A stretch of DNA of 64,000 nt from Planctomycetota bacterium (GCA_965223545.1 OZ245006.1:1952001-2016000); one strand, 5' to 3'. Shown: positions 10,588 through 22,159, counted from the first letter of the stretch. A program made the numbers and translations. Notes: generated by a model not told the origin, from the letters alone.

Positions 10588-11436
10588 TCACGGCGCGACC
10601 GGATGCCAGAACGTCTTCACCTCGACAAAGGGCTCCAGCCACACCAGGCCGGCCGGCGCCGCATACCAGGCCTCACCCTCGAGATCCGCCCAGCGCACCC
10701 GCTTGACGTTGTCGGCGGCGGCCTCGGCCACCGCCGGCTGCGGCGCGCCGGCCGCCAGCACGCCGTCGACATCGCGGTGACTCGCCAGCTGTGGCAGCAG
10801 CTCCGCGCGCTCGCCGGCGAGCAGATTGACCGCCCCGGCCGGCACGTCGCTGACCGCCAACAGCTCGCCCAAGGCGAGCCCGGCCAGCGGCGCGGACTCG
10901 CTGACCAGCACGACCGCGGTGTTGCCGCCGGCCATCACTGGCAGCAGCAATGCCAGCAATCCGAGCAACCCCGGCTGCTCCGGTGCGGCGATGCCGACGA
11001 CGCCCGCCGCCTCGACCGTACTGAAGTTGAAGAACGGTCCGCCGACCGAGTTCTGCGAGCCGAGCAAGCTCTGCAGCTTGTCCGGCACACCGGCCCACCA
11101 GACCACCAGATCGACCGATGCGTCGACCTCGCGGCAGGCCGCGGTGGCGTCGACGCCAGCGGCGGCGAGCTCCTCCACCAACGAGGCGCGCCGCACTTCC
11201 ATCACCTCGGCCAGCCGATACAGAATCTGACCGCGCAGCAGCGGCGTGGCACCGGCCCACCGCGGCGCCGCCCCACGGGCGGCGACGACGGCGTCGCGGA
11301 GATCCTTGCGACTGCCGCGCGCGACATTGACGCCGGGTGCGGCGTCGGGACGGTAGCTGCGGCCGGACTCGCTGCGCGGAAACCCACCGCCGACGAACAG
11401 CTTGTAGGTCTTGCGGACTCGGGGACGGTCGGTCAT
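10588..11436 (-). CDS. Short, apparently non-catalytic aldehyde dehydrogenase-family protein
   Basis: Starts MTDRPRVRKTYKLFVGGGFPRSESGR. Has the Rossmann portion and a C-terminal 'EVKTFWHP', but no ELGGK or catalytic-Cys domain. Confidence 0.85.
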   Translation of the reverse strand: MTDRPRVRKTYKLFVGGGFPRSESGRSYRPDAAPGVNVARGSRKDLRDAVVAARGAAPRWAGATPLLRGQILYRLAEVMEVRRASLVEELAAAGVDATAACREVDASVDLVVWWAGVPDKLQSLLGSQNSVGGPFFNFSTVEAAGVVGIAAPEQPGLLGLLALLLPVMAGGNTAVVLVSESAPLAGLALGELLAVSDVPAGAVNLLAGERAELLPQLASHRDVDGVLAAGAPQPAVAEAAADNVKRVRWADLEGEAWYAAPAGLVWLEPFVEVKTFWHPVAP

Positions 11437-11509
11437 GGCATCGGGCTCGCGTCGCCGCGGCGGCTCGATGCTAAGGGTCGGCCCGCGCGCGCGCCATCCA
11501 CGCTGCGGA

Positions 11510-13036
<1,527 letters not shown>

Positions 13037-13042
13037 CGCAAA

Positions 13043-13951
13043 TCAGTCCCGGCTGAAGTCGTCACCGCGCTGGTAGACGCCGGTTTCGAGGCGGACCCAC
13101 TGCATCAGCAGGTCGTTGAGCAGAGTGCTCGCGCCAAAGCGGAACCGGCTCGGGTCGAGCCAGTCGTCCCCCAAGGTTTCGTTCACCAACACCAGATAGC
13201 GCAACGCCTGCTTGGCGGTGCGGATGCCGCCGGCGGCCTTGACCCCGACCGCGCGACCGGTCTCCAGGTAGTGGTCGCGCGCACACTCGAGCATCAGCAG
13301 CACGACCGGCATCGTCGACGCCGGCGCCACCTTGCCGGTGCTGGTCTTGAGGAAGTCGGCGCCCGCGAGCAGAGCGATGCGGCACGCCCGGCGCACGTTG
13401 TCGTAGGTGGCGAGCTCGCCGGTCTCGAGGATGACCTTGAGGTGCGCCGGCCCACAGGCCTCCTTGATGCGGCAGATCTCGTCGAACACCTGGCCGTAGC
13501 GCCCGGCGTGGAACGCCCCGCGATCGATGACCATGTCGATCTCACCAGCACCGTCGTCGACCGCGCGCTGGGTCTCGTCGAGCTTGACCTGCAGCGCGGT
13601 GCGGCCGGAGGGAAAGCCGGTGGCCACCGACGCGACCGCGACCCCGCTGCCGGCGAGGGCCCCCTTGGCGACCGCGACCAGGTCGGGGTAGACGCACACC
13701 GCGGCCACCGCCGGCACGGCGTGCCCCGGCAGCGGATGCATCGCCTTGTGGCACAGCGCGCGCACCTTGCCCGGCGAGTCACGGCCTTCGAGCGTGGTCA
13801 GATCGGTCATCGCGATCGCCATCGCCAGCCCGTCGCGCTTGGCTTCGCGCTTGATCGAGCGCGTCGCCAACTCGGCGGCGCGCGTCTCGAGCGCGACCGC
13901 GTCGACCGGCGACACGCGGAGATCGGCAGCGGCGAGGGACTTGGCGGTCAA
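13043..13951 (-). CDS. deoC: Deoxyribose-phosphate aldolase
   Basis: DLTTLEG, ATGFPSG, EIDMV, LKVILETGEL, FLKTSTGK, GVKAAGGIR, RFGAS. Confidence 0.96.
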   Translation of the reverse strand: MTAKSLAAADLRVSPVDAVALETRAAELATRSIKREAKRDGLAMAIAMTDLTTLEGRDSPGKVRALCHKAMHPLPGHAVPAVAAVCVYPDLVAVAKGALAGSGVAVASVATGFPSGRTALQVKLDETQRAVDDGAGEIDMVIDRGAFHAGRYGQVFDEICRIKEACGPAHLKVILETGELATYDNVRRACRIALLAGADFLKTSTGKVAPASTMPVVLLMLECARDHYLETGRAVGVKAAGGIRTAKQALRYLVLVNETLGDDWLDPSRFRFGASTLLNDLLMQWVRLETGVYQRGDDFSRD

Positions 13952-14083
13952 ATCGGACTCCGGCGCGGGACGCGCCTGGCCGCCATGCTACCGTTCCCGC
14001 CGAGAGCGCGTCCACGCCACAGTCGAGCGCCTTGGCAGCAACCGGCCCGCCGGCGATGCTGACCGTCCCCACCGCCGCCTGCG

Positions 14084-15442
14084 ATGCCCACCGAGCCCGC
14101 CTTCGTCGACGCCGCCCGCTCGCCCCAGGTCGCCGCTGCGCTGCGCGCGCTCGGCAACGACGACGGCCACTTGCGCATCGACGGGGTCGACGCCACCGCA
14201 CTGGTCGAACGCTTCGGAGCACCACTCTACGCGTTCTCGGCCGGCGTGCTGCGCCAGCGGCTCGCCTCGGTGCAAGCGGCGCTCGGTCCGCGCGTGACGG
14301 TGCTCTTCGCGCTCAAGGCCAACCCCAATGCCGCCGTCGCCGCAGTGCTGCGCGCGGGCGGCGCCGGCGCCGAGGTCGCGTCCGCGGGTGAGATCGCCAT
14401 CGCGATGCACGCCGGGTTCGATGGCGCGGCCGTGCAGTTCGCCGGACCGGGCAAGAACGCGGCCGATCTCGCCTACGCGCGGCACGCCGGCGTCGGCTGC
14501 CTCAACCTCGAGTCGGAGGCGGAGTACGAGGCGGTGCTCGCCGACGCGCGCCAGCACGGGACGCGGCCCGGGGTCGCGCTGCGCGTCAACCCGCGCGCGG
14601 CGGTCGCCGGCGCGCGCCTGCAGATGGGCGGTGGGGCGAAGAAGTTCGGCGTCGACGCCGATGACGTCGGCGCGCTCCTGCAGCGCATCCACCACGACGG
14701 CGTCTGCACCCTGCACGGCTTGCACGTCTACGCCGGCACGCAGTGCTTCGACGCGGCCGCGTGGGCCGACGCCGCCGCCGCGCTGATCACCGCGGCGAAC
14801 GAGCTCGAGCAAGCGACCGGCGTCGATCTCCCAGCGCTCAACTTCGGCGGCGGCTTCGCGGTGCCGGTGTTCGCCACCGACAACCCGTTCGATCTGGACG
14901 CCGCGGGCGCGCGGTTGCGGGCGGCCATCGCCGCCGACCGCGACTCCCGCCGCTACGCGGTCGAGCTCGGTCGCTACCTGGTCGCGCCCGCCGGTGTCTA
15001 CCTGACCCGGGTGCTCTACTGCAAGGAGTCGGGCGGCGCGCGCTACGCCATCGTCGACGGCGGCATGCACCACCACGCCGCCGCCGCCGGCATCGGCGCC
15101 GTCGTGCCGCGCCCGTTTCCGGTGTGGGCCGCGCGCCCCGACGGCACGCCCCTCACTGGCGGTGACGGGCCACCCACGACGATCGCCGGACCGCTCTGCA
15201 CGCCGATCGATACCTTTGCCACCACGTCCCTCCCGCTGCGCGCGGGAGACCTGGTGGCGGTGCTCGTCTCGGGCGCTTACGGGCTGACGTTCAGCAACAC
15301 CATGTTTCTCAGTCACCCGACGCCGGCCGAAGTCTTGGTCGCCGACGGCGACGCCCATGTCGTGCGCGCTGCTGGGCGGCCGGAGGACGCGCTGCGCAAC
15401 CAGCATCTACCCCCCGAAGACGCGGCCGGCGCGGAGCGGTAG
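14084..15442 (+). CDS. Type III PLP-dependent decarboxylase (LysA/Orn-DAP-Arg family)
   Basis: FALKANP (PLP lysine), EVASAGE, GPGK, LRVNP, KFGVD, HVYAGTQ, NFGGG, ELGRYLV, GPLCTPID, GAYG. Confidence 0.9.
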   Translation: MPTEPAFVDAARSPQVAAALRALGNDDGHLRIDGVDATALVERFGAPLYAFSAGVLRQRLASVQAALGPRVTVLFALKANPNAAVAAVLRAGGAGAEVASAGEIAIAMHAGFDGAAVQFAGPGKNAADLAYARHAGVGCLNLESEAEYEAVLADARQHGTRPGVALRVNPRAAVAGARLQMGGGAKKFGVDADDVGALLQRIHHDGVCTLHGLHVYAGTQCFDAAAWADAAAALITAANELEQATGVDLPALNFGGGFAVPVFATDNPFDLDAAGARLRAAIAADRDSRRYAVELGRYLVAPAGVYLTRVLYCKESGGARYAIVDGGMHHHAAAAGIGAVVPRPFPVWAARPDGTPLTGGDGPPTTIAGPLCTPIDTFATTSLPLRAGDLVAVLVSGAYGLTFSNTMFLSHPTPAEVLVADGDAHVVRAAGRPEDALRNQHLPPEDAAGAER

Positions 15443-15455
15443 GCCAGGGCGCAAC

Positions 15456-16910
15456 ATGCTCGACCGCCTCGCCTCCCTCGCCCGCCAACACGGCGATCGG
15501 ACCGCGATCAGCGCCGAGCAAGGCACCTTGACGTTCGCCGCGCTGCACGCCGAAGCGACGGCGTTCGCCGAGTGGCTGCGGCGGGCCGACCGCCGGCTGG
15601 TGGTCGTCGCCGCGCTGCCCAGCGGGCCGGCGCTGACCGCCGCACAGATCGGCGCGTGGGCCGCCGGCGCGGTGTTCGCCCCGATCCCACCGCGCTGCAC
15701 CGAGGGCGAAGCCGCCGCCTACCTGACCGCTCTGCCCGCCGACGTGCTTCTGGTCGAGGACGCCGGACGTGCGTCAGCGTTCCACCCGGCATCCCGCACA
15801 CGTCCCCAGTCGTGGGACGACTGGCGCTCGGCCGCCAAACCGCCGACCGCACCAGCCGCCGCGCCGCCCGGCGATGGCGACGTGCGCATGGTGCAGTTCA
15901 CCTCGGGCTCGACCGGCCAGCCGGCCGGCATCGCGCTGACCTCCACCGCGCTGCGCGCCAACCTCGAGCGCTCGCGCCCGGCGTTGGCGGGGCGTGCCAA
16001 CAACGCCTGGTGCCCGACGCCACAGTTCCACGCGATGGGCAACGCCGCGATCCTCGAGCTGCTCGACGCCGGCATCGGAGTGCATAACACCAACGCGTTC
16101 GTACCGGCCGCTCATCTGCAACGGCTGAGCGAGCACGCCTGCGAGATGCTGGTCGCGCCGCCCAGCTACGCGGCGATGATGCTGCGGCTCGGCGTGCTGG
16201 CCCGCGCGCGCAGCCTGCGCGAGATCGTGCTCGGCAGTGCCGCCGTCGACCGCGCGCTGCTCGAGCGACTGCGCGCGACCCTGCCGGACACCGCGCTCGA
16301 GCTTCGCTACGGCCTGAGCGAGGCCGTCGGCGCCCTCGCCCGCGGCCACCACCCGGCCGGCACGCCACTGCCCGCCGCCGGCGCGGTGGGCACCCTGATC
16401 GCCGGGGCGACGCTCGCATCGCCCCTCCCGCCGCCGTCCGCGCCGGCGGAGGAGCTCGTCGTCCGCACCCCGACCGCCGGCTGCGCCCGGCTCGTCGACG
16501 GCGACCTCGAGCCGCTACTCGATGCCGATGGCGCTCTGCACACGGGCGACCTCGCCTGCGCCGACGAGGACGGCGTCTTGCTGCTGCGCGGCCGCGGGTC
16601 GACCTTCTTGAAGGTGCACGGCCACCGCGTCGGGCCCGCCGAGATCGAGGCGGTGCTGCGCGCTGCCCCCGAGATCCACGAAGCAGTGGTCGTCGGTCTA
16701 CCCGACCCGGTGGGCGGCCAGCTGCCGGTGGCGTGCGTCGAGCCCGTCCCCGGCGCGGCACCGGAGACGTCGGCGCTGGCGCACTGGTGTGCGGAACACC
16801 TGTCCGCGCACAAGCGGCCGAAGCGCTTCGTGTGCTTCGCTCGGCTACCGCGCACCGCGAGCGGCAAGCCCGATCGCACCGCGATCGTGGCCGCCGTGCA
16901 GCGGGGCTGA
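15456..16910 (+). CDS. AMP-binding (class I adenylate-forming) acyl-CoA ligase
   Basis: FTSGSTGQP, YGLSE, HTGDLA, LRGR, GHRVGPAEIE, LPRTASGK. Confidence 0.88.
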   Translation: MLDRLASLARQHGDRTAISAEQGTLTFAALHAEATAFAEWLRRADRRLVVVAALPSGPALTAAQIGAWAAGAVFAPIPPRCTEGEAAAYLTALPADVLLVEDAGRASAFHPASRTRPQSWDDWRSAAKPPTAPAAAPPGDGDVRMVQFTSGSTGQPAGIALTSTALRANLERSRPALAGRANNAWCPTPQFHAMGNAAILELLDAGIGVHNTNAFVPAAHLQRLSEHACEMLVAPPSYAAMMLRLGVLARARSLREIVLGSAAVDRALLERLRATLPDTALELRYGLSEAVGALARGHHPAGTPLPAAGAVGTLIAGATLASPLPPPSAPAEELVVRTPTAGCARLVDGDLEPLLDADGALHTGDLACADEDGVLLLRGRGSTFLKVHGHRVGPAEIEAVLRAAPEIHEAVVVGLPDPVGGQLPVACVEPVPGAAPETSALAHWCAEHLSAHKRPKRFVCFARLPRTASGKPDRTAIVAAVQRG

Positions 16911-17130
16911 CCGCGGCCGGTGGCCGCCGGCCGGCCGCCAAGGCTGGCTCGGAACGAGACGCTTTGCGCCGGGTTTCGCCGCACGCGCACGGCTCATATC
17001 GAGCCTCTCCACAGTCGCGCCGCTCAAGGGCGCCGCCGACTGCCCCGAAATTCGGCGTGAGCCCAGACCGAGACAGCCGCCGCGCACGTGCGGCCTCGGC
17101 TCGAGGCAACAGGGGAGCACGGAGAGAACA

Positions 17131-19302
17131 ATGACGCATCGAGTCCACGGTCCTACCGGGAGTCGTCCCGGCGCCGCGATCTGGGGTCTGCTGGCCCTGG
17201 CCGCCGCTGCGCCGGCCGCGGGGGCGGCCACAGCCACAAGCGGTCATCCTGCGCGGCCGTCGGCGGCAACCGCCGGCGGCGGCTTCAGCACACAAGTGCG
17301 GTTCGCCAACAACACCGCGCACCGCCGCATCGAGTGGGGTCAGGCGACGGTGCCGTTTCCGCAGGGCGCGTTCTTTCCGGGCGACAACTTCGGCGTCGCC
17401 GGCCTGCCATCGGAGCTGATCCCGTTCGGCGCGTCGTGGCCGGACGGGAGCATTCGATTCGCGCAGCTCGCCGTGCCGCTCGACCTGGCACCCGGCGCCG
17501 AGACCCTGGTCGACGTGACCCAGCTGGCGCCAACGCCGTACTCGTTCCAGTACTCCTCGTGGGTACAGGCGGGTCTTCCGGCGTTCAAAGTCAAGGTCGT
17601 CGTCGTGCTGCCCGGCGGCAAGCTGAGCGTCGTCGAGCCGGCGCTCGTGCGCATGGAGCACGACACCGACATCCGCAAGACGCACTACTTCCGCGGCCGC
17701 GTGCCGCAGACCGACCTGGTGTGCGACCTCTGGTACACGATCTTCTCCGGCCAAGACCACATGCCGTTCGAGCTGCGCCTGACCGCCAGCAGCACGGCGA
17801 GCCCCCTGTTCTCCCAGGCGATCGAGTCGGCGCACCTGTGGGTCGAAGGCGCCGCCGCGCACGTGCGCGCCGCGCGCCGCCGCGGCGCCGGCTACGGCGT
17901 GCTCTCCGCCAAGGGCCCCAACGTCGTCCACCTGCTCGGGCCGAGCACGCTCTGGGACGGACAGGGCCAGGAGTGGTGCGGCGACTTCCTGTTCTACTAT
18001 CCCAACGGCACCGCCAACGGCGGCCGCTCCGACACGCTGATGTCGACGATCCGTTCGTCGTTCTTCGGCGTCAGCACCGACTGGGGCAACAGTGGGGCGT
18101 ACGGTCCGTTCGGCCACGTCCCGCTGCCACCGCCGTGGATCAAAGACGGCGGCCGCGCCGCGGCGATCGCCGCCCGACAGAGCTTCGAACAGTGGCTCGA
18201 GCAGGACGGCAGCCCCTGGGACAACTGGCCTCTCGGCCTCAACAAGTTTCCGGGACAGACCGGCTACCAGCCCGACTTCGGCTCGACCCAGGTGGCGGAC
18301 ATCTTCGCCTCCGGCATGCCGGACCGGATCGAGGAGGCCCGGCTCAACGCCAGTGAAGAGGCGCTGCGGCCGGTGCACCACCGCGAGGCCGACGGCACCA
18401 TGGTGCGCGCCGCCAACCACCCGACCTGGGTCACCTGGGACGGCCGCACGCACTACCACCCGCAGGTCAGCCCCGACCGCCTGGGCAAGCCGACGCCGGA
18501 GCCGCAGCTCAAGGCCAACGGCTGGGTCGGCCGCGACGTGCAGCACTGGTCGACGCTGATCCTGTCGAATGCCTACCTGCTGACGATGAGTCCATCGCTG
18601 CGCTACGAGCTCGACAACGACGCCGAGCTCTACATCGCCGGCCATACGCTGCCGAGCGCGCGCAAGACCGCGACCAACGCGCCGGGTGCCGCCCGCGGCG
18701 TCGGGCGGACGCTGCTGTGCATGGCGTGGAACTACCTGCTCACCGCCAACGACGGCCTGAAGTACCACGTCGCCGAACGCGTGCGCCAATCGATCGTGCC
18801 GGCGGCCATCGGGCTGCAGGTCAGCGGACCGGTCAAGCCGTTGGTGCTGACCCCGCCCGACCCACGACAGCTGATGCGCGACCACTGGCGCCCGTGGGAG
18901 GAGTCGCAGGCCGCGATGGGCCTCGAGGCCGCCAGCCGCGTGATGCAGGTGCAGGAGGCGCACGACCTGGCCAAGATGCTGGCCTACACCTTGATCCAGT
19001 ACGGCTGGAAGGTGCTGCCCAACGACACCGTCATCGGCACCGGGCTGGGCTGGAAGAGCAACGGCGCGCCGCTGACCACGGCCGAGATGAACGACCCGAC
19101 CTGGGCGCTGTGGTCGTACGGTACCGGCTTCAACGAGTGGGCCATCCCGTCGGTCAAGCTGGCGATCCGCTACGGCAAGATGTACGGCGATTCCGCCATC
19201 GTCAACCGCGCGATGACCGTGCTGCAAACGGTGTGGAACCAGCGGCAGGCACCGAGCAACGGCGGCTGGGACGCCTATACCGACTGGGACGCGGTGCGCT
19301 GA
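17131..19302 (+). CDS. Large exported hypothetical protein; N-terminal region resembles the RIFT barrel of PcRGLX/YetA-like lyases
   Basis: GGAGAG RBS and signal-like N-terminus. 'ATVPFPQG...WPDGSIRFA' motif, then a Trp/His-rich, probably helical C-terminal region. Confidence 0.6.
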   Translation: MTHRVHGPTGSRPGAAIWGLLALAAAAPAAGAATATSGHPARPSAATAGGGFSTQVRFANNTAHRRIEWGQATVPFPQGAFFPGDNFGVAGLPSELIPFGASWPDGSIRFAQLAVPLDLAPGAETLVDVTQLAPTPYSFQYSSWVQAGLPAFKVKVVVVLPGGKLSVVEPALVRMEHDTDIRKTHYFRGRVPQTDLVCDLWYTIFSGQDHMPFELRLTASSTASPLFSQAIESAHLWVEGAAAHVRAARRRGAGYGVLSAKGPNVVHLLGPSTLWDGQGQEWCGDFLFYYPNGTANGGRSDTLMSTIRSSFFGVSTDWGNSGAYGPFGHVPLPPPWIKDGGRAAAIAARQSFEQWLEQDGSPWDNWPLGLNKFPGQTGYQPDFGSTQVADIFASGMPDRIEEARLNASEEALRPVHHREADGTMVRAANHPTWVTWDGRTHYHPQVSPDRLGKPTPEPQLKANGWVGRDVQHWSTLILSNAYLLTMSPSLRYELDNDAELYIAGHTLPSARKTATNAPGAARGVGRTLLCMAWNYLLTANDGLKYHVAERVRQSIVPAAIGLQVSGPVKPLVLTPPDPRQLMRDHWRPWEESQAAMGLEAASRVMQVQEAHDLAKMLAYTLIQYGWKVLPNDTVIGTGLGWKSNGAPLTTAEMNDPTWALWSYGTGFNEWAIPSVKLAIRYGKMYGDSAIVNRAMTVLQTVWNQRQAPSNGGWDAYTDWDAVR

Positions 19303-20607
19303 TCAGGGCACGATCACGTGCACCGAGACGCCGTCGGAGGCAGCCAACCGACCGCTGCCTTCGACATGGAAGGTCTGCCCGAACACGGACCTCCCGGCGA
19401 GGGCGGCCACGTTCGGAATCGGCAGCGGTATCGCGACCGTCGCCCCCGGGGCGAACGGCAACGCGACCACCGCCGGCCCCGGCTCGAGCAGGATCTCGAC
19501 CCCCGCGACCATCAGCGAACCCGGCCGAGGACCGAGGAACAGCGCGGAGGCGATCGCGGTGCCAGGGGCCGAGGTCGCGGTGACCGAGAACGAGTTGTTG
19601 CCGAGGCTCGGGATGCCGCCGGCGTTGGGGTGCACGGCCCACGAGTAGGCGTTGGCTCCCGCTGACGCGTCGCCGTAGCGCTCGATCGACGGCACCAAGT
19701 CCAGCCCGAACACCGAAGATCGCGGAAGAGTCTGGTACGTGCCCAGAGTACGCAGGGCGCCGCTTTCCACGTAGTGCAACGCCCAACCCGATGCGCTCGA
19801 TGACGTGAGAAAGAGGTTGTCGGTCTCGGGCTCGACCGACAACCCGGTCACGATGGGGGGAGTGCCGGAGATCGGAGTGAGGACTCCGGTCTGCGTGTTC
19901 ATGCGACCAACGCCGCTGGTCACACCGGTGGTCGCGACCACGAGGTCACCGCCAGAATCCACCACCAGATCGGAGATCGCGTTCGGGGTCGTCCCGACGA
20001 TCTGCGGACTCCAACCCGCCAGCGGCGTGCGGTACACAGTTCCACTGTTGCCGATGTTCTGACCGAGGTACACCTCGCTCCCGTCCGGCGCGAAGCAAAG
20101 CGCATCGAATACGCCCGCCGTCGGCGGCACAGTCATCAGACAGCTCAGCGACTGCGTTTGCAGATCGAGAACGCCGAGCTGGACACAGGTGACCGGGGAG
20201 CCGCCGATCCCGTCCGCCAAGAAGACCACGCGTCCGTCGGGGTGCTCGGCCAGCCGTCGCACGCCACCTCCCAAGACCGAGAGCGCGAAACCCAGATACC
20301 ACGAGCGGGTGTCCGAGACCGTGCTGCCGGACAACGTCAGCGCATACAGCCGAATCGGGCTCCCGCTCGGGTAGGCCACCATGCCGGCCACAACCGCGCC
20401 GCTGGAATGCACGATCACATCGCTCACGCCTTGGGCGAGTTCGTTCGGCACCCCTGCCAGCGGCAGCAGCGACCCCGGCGTGCGTGAGGAGGAAAGAAAG
20501 AACCCGTTGGGTCGGGACGCCGTCACGACCCAACCCGCGGGTGCCTGCGCGGCGACCACCGAAACGAGCAAGAACACCGGCGCGATGGCCGCGAATGACG
20601 CGTTCAT
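19303..20607 (-). CDS. Exported beta-propeller-like protein with the shared C-terminal module
   Basis: Signal peptide ending AAQ, propeller-like repeats (FAPDGSEVY, LVVDSGGDLVV), C-terminal 'LPIPNVAALAG..VFGQ...ASDG'. Confidence 0.7.
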   Translation of the reverse strand: MNASFAAIAPVFLLVSVVAAQAPAGWVVTASRPNGFFLSSSRTPGSLLPLAGVPNELAQGVSDVIVHSSGAVVAGMVAYPSGSPIRLYALTLSGSTVSDTRSWYLGFALSVLGGGVRRLAEHPDGRVVFLADGIGGSPVTCVQLGVLDLQTQSLSCLMTVPPTAGVFDALCFAPDGSEVYLGQNIGNSGTVYRTPLAGWSPQIVGTTPNAISDLVVDSGGDLVVATTGVTSGVGRMNTQTGVLTPISGTPPIVTGLSVEPETDNLFLTSSSASGWALHYVESGALRTLGTYQTLPRSSVFGLDLVPSIERYGDASAGANAYSWAVHPNAGGIPSLGNNSFSVTATSAPGTAIASALFLGPRPGSLMVAGVEILLEPGPAVVALPFAPGATVAIPLPIPNVAALAGRSVFGQTFHVEGSGRLAASDGVSVHVIVP

Positions 20608-20716
20608 GGAACCTCAACCCCAAGCCACGGAAGACCGAGACCCCGATGATAGCACGGAACCGACACGACGGGACGCTGGGCCCGCCCACGCGACCGCGCT
20701 ACCCTCTTCCGCCCCA

Positions 20717-22129
20717 ATGAGCCGCAAGAACGAGTCCTCCTCCCCCGATTCGCTCGCCTCCGTCGAGGCGCTCACCGCCGCGGCGCAGCAGATCGTCGCC
20801 CAGGTCATCCTCGAGCAGACGGGTCGCAGCGTCACAATCGGGCCCGCTGAAGCGGTCGACGCCCACCTCGAGGAGCTGCAGGTGCCGGCCCTGGCGATGG
20901 CGCTGCAGGAGCGCTTCGGCGTGACCTTCGACAGCGCCGAGCTCGATACGCGCACCCTCCGCACCCCTCAGGCCATCGCAGAGCTGGTGGCGCGCCACCA
21001 ATCCGCGCGGCGCCCCGCGGCAGGTGACCGGGCCCAGCACACCGTCGTCGTCCTCGGCGCCGGCAAGATCGGAAGGATGGTGGCGCACTTCCTCGGCGCA
21101 TCCGGCGACTACCGCACACGCCTCGGCGACGCCGACGGCAACACCGCGCGGCAAGTCGCCGACCGCACTCCGGCGGCGCGTCCGCACACCGTCGACTTCA
21201 CCGACAAGAAGGCCCTCGACGACATCCTCGACGGCGCCACCGCGGTGATCTCCTGCGCACCGTTTCACTGCAACCCGCTCATCGCCGAGCGCGCCCGCCA
21301 CCACCGGGCGCACTACCTCGATCTCACCGAGGACGTCGCGGTCACCGAGCAGGTCGTCTCCCTCGCGGCCGACGCCGAGTGCGCCTTCATCCCCCAGTGT
21401 GGGCTGGCGCCGGGCTTCATCACCATCGTCGCCAACCACCTGATCCAGCCGATGAGCGACCTCACCGACCTGTGCATGCGGGTCGGCGCGCTGCCGCGGT
21501 TTCCCAACAACCGCCTGAAGTACAACCTGACGTGGAGCACCGAGGGCCTGATCAACGAGTACTGCAATCCGTGCGAGGTGATCCTCGACGGCAAGCTGCG
21601 GCGCGTGCAACCGCTCGAGAACCTCGAACGACTGAGCATCGACGGCGTCGAGTACGAGGGCTTCAACACCTCCGGCGGTCTCGGCAGCCTGGCCCAATCG
21701 CTGCTCGGCAAAGTGCGCAACGTCAACTACAAGTCGCTGCGCTACCCCGGCCACAACCACTTGATCAAGTTCCTGCTCGACGACCTCGGCATGCGCGACC
21801 ACCGCGAGGCCCTGCGCGAGATCTTCGACCGCTCGCTGCCGACGACCTTCCACGACCAGATCGTGATCTACGTCAGCGCCACCGGCACCTACCGCGGCAG
21901 ACTGACCCAGAACACCTACGCCCGCACCGTCTACCACCAGCGCATCGACGGCGAGAACTGGAGCGGCATCCAGATCACCACGGCGGCCGGCGTCTGCGCC
22001 GTGCTCGACCTCCTGCTCGAGGGCGCGCTGCCCGACCGCGGCTTCGTGCGTCAGGAGCAGGTCGACTACGAGCGCTTCATCGCCAACCGCTTCGGCCGCT
22101 ACTACCAACCGACCCCCGCGCCGCACTGA
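20717..22129 (+). CDS. Saccharopine/lysine 6-dehydrogenase-family protein with N-terminal ACP-like domain
   Basis: VLGAGKIG, YLDLTEDV, PQCGLAPG, VGALP, YNLTWSTEGLINEY, FNTSGG, YKSLRYPGH, IQITTAAG. Confidence 0.9.
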   Translation: MSRKNESSSPDSLASVEALTAAAQQIVAQVILEQTGRSVTIGPAEAVDAHLEELQVPALAMALQERFGVTFDSAELDTRTLRTPQAIAELVARHQSARRPAAGDRAQHTVVVLGAGKIGRMVAHFLGASGDYRTRLGDADGNTARQVADRTPAARPHTVDFTDKKALDDILDGATAVISCAPFHCNPLIAERARHHRAHYLDLTEDVAVTEQVVSLAADAECAFIPQCGLAPGFITIVANHLIQPMSDLTDLCMRVGALPRFPNNRLKYNLTWSTEGLINEYCNPCEVILDGKLRRVQPLENLERLSIDGVEYEGFNTSGGLGSLAQSLLGKVRNVNYKSLRYPGHNHLIKFLLDDLGMRDHREALREIFDRSLPTTFHDQIVIYVSATGTYRGRLTQNTYARTVYHQRIDGENWSGIQITTAAGVCAVLDLLLEGALPDRGFVRQEQVDYERFIANRFGRYYQPTPAPH

Positions 22130-22130
22130 A

Positions 22131-22159
22131 AGTACCGAGTCTGACTCGATTTTCTCGCT
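22131..22159 (+). repeat. Short palindromic repeat, copy 1 (AGTACCGAGTCTGACTCGATTTTCTCGCT)
   Basis: Matches copies at 27970-27998 and 58784-58808. Core palindrome CGAGTC-T-GACTCG. Confidence 0.85.

Noticed and set aside
16911..17130. Long leader as a possible riboswitch
   Set aside because: GC-rich hairpins are possible, but I recognised no riboswitch consensus.
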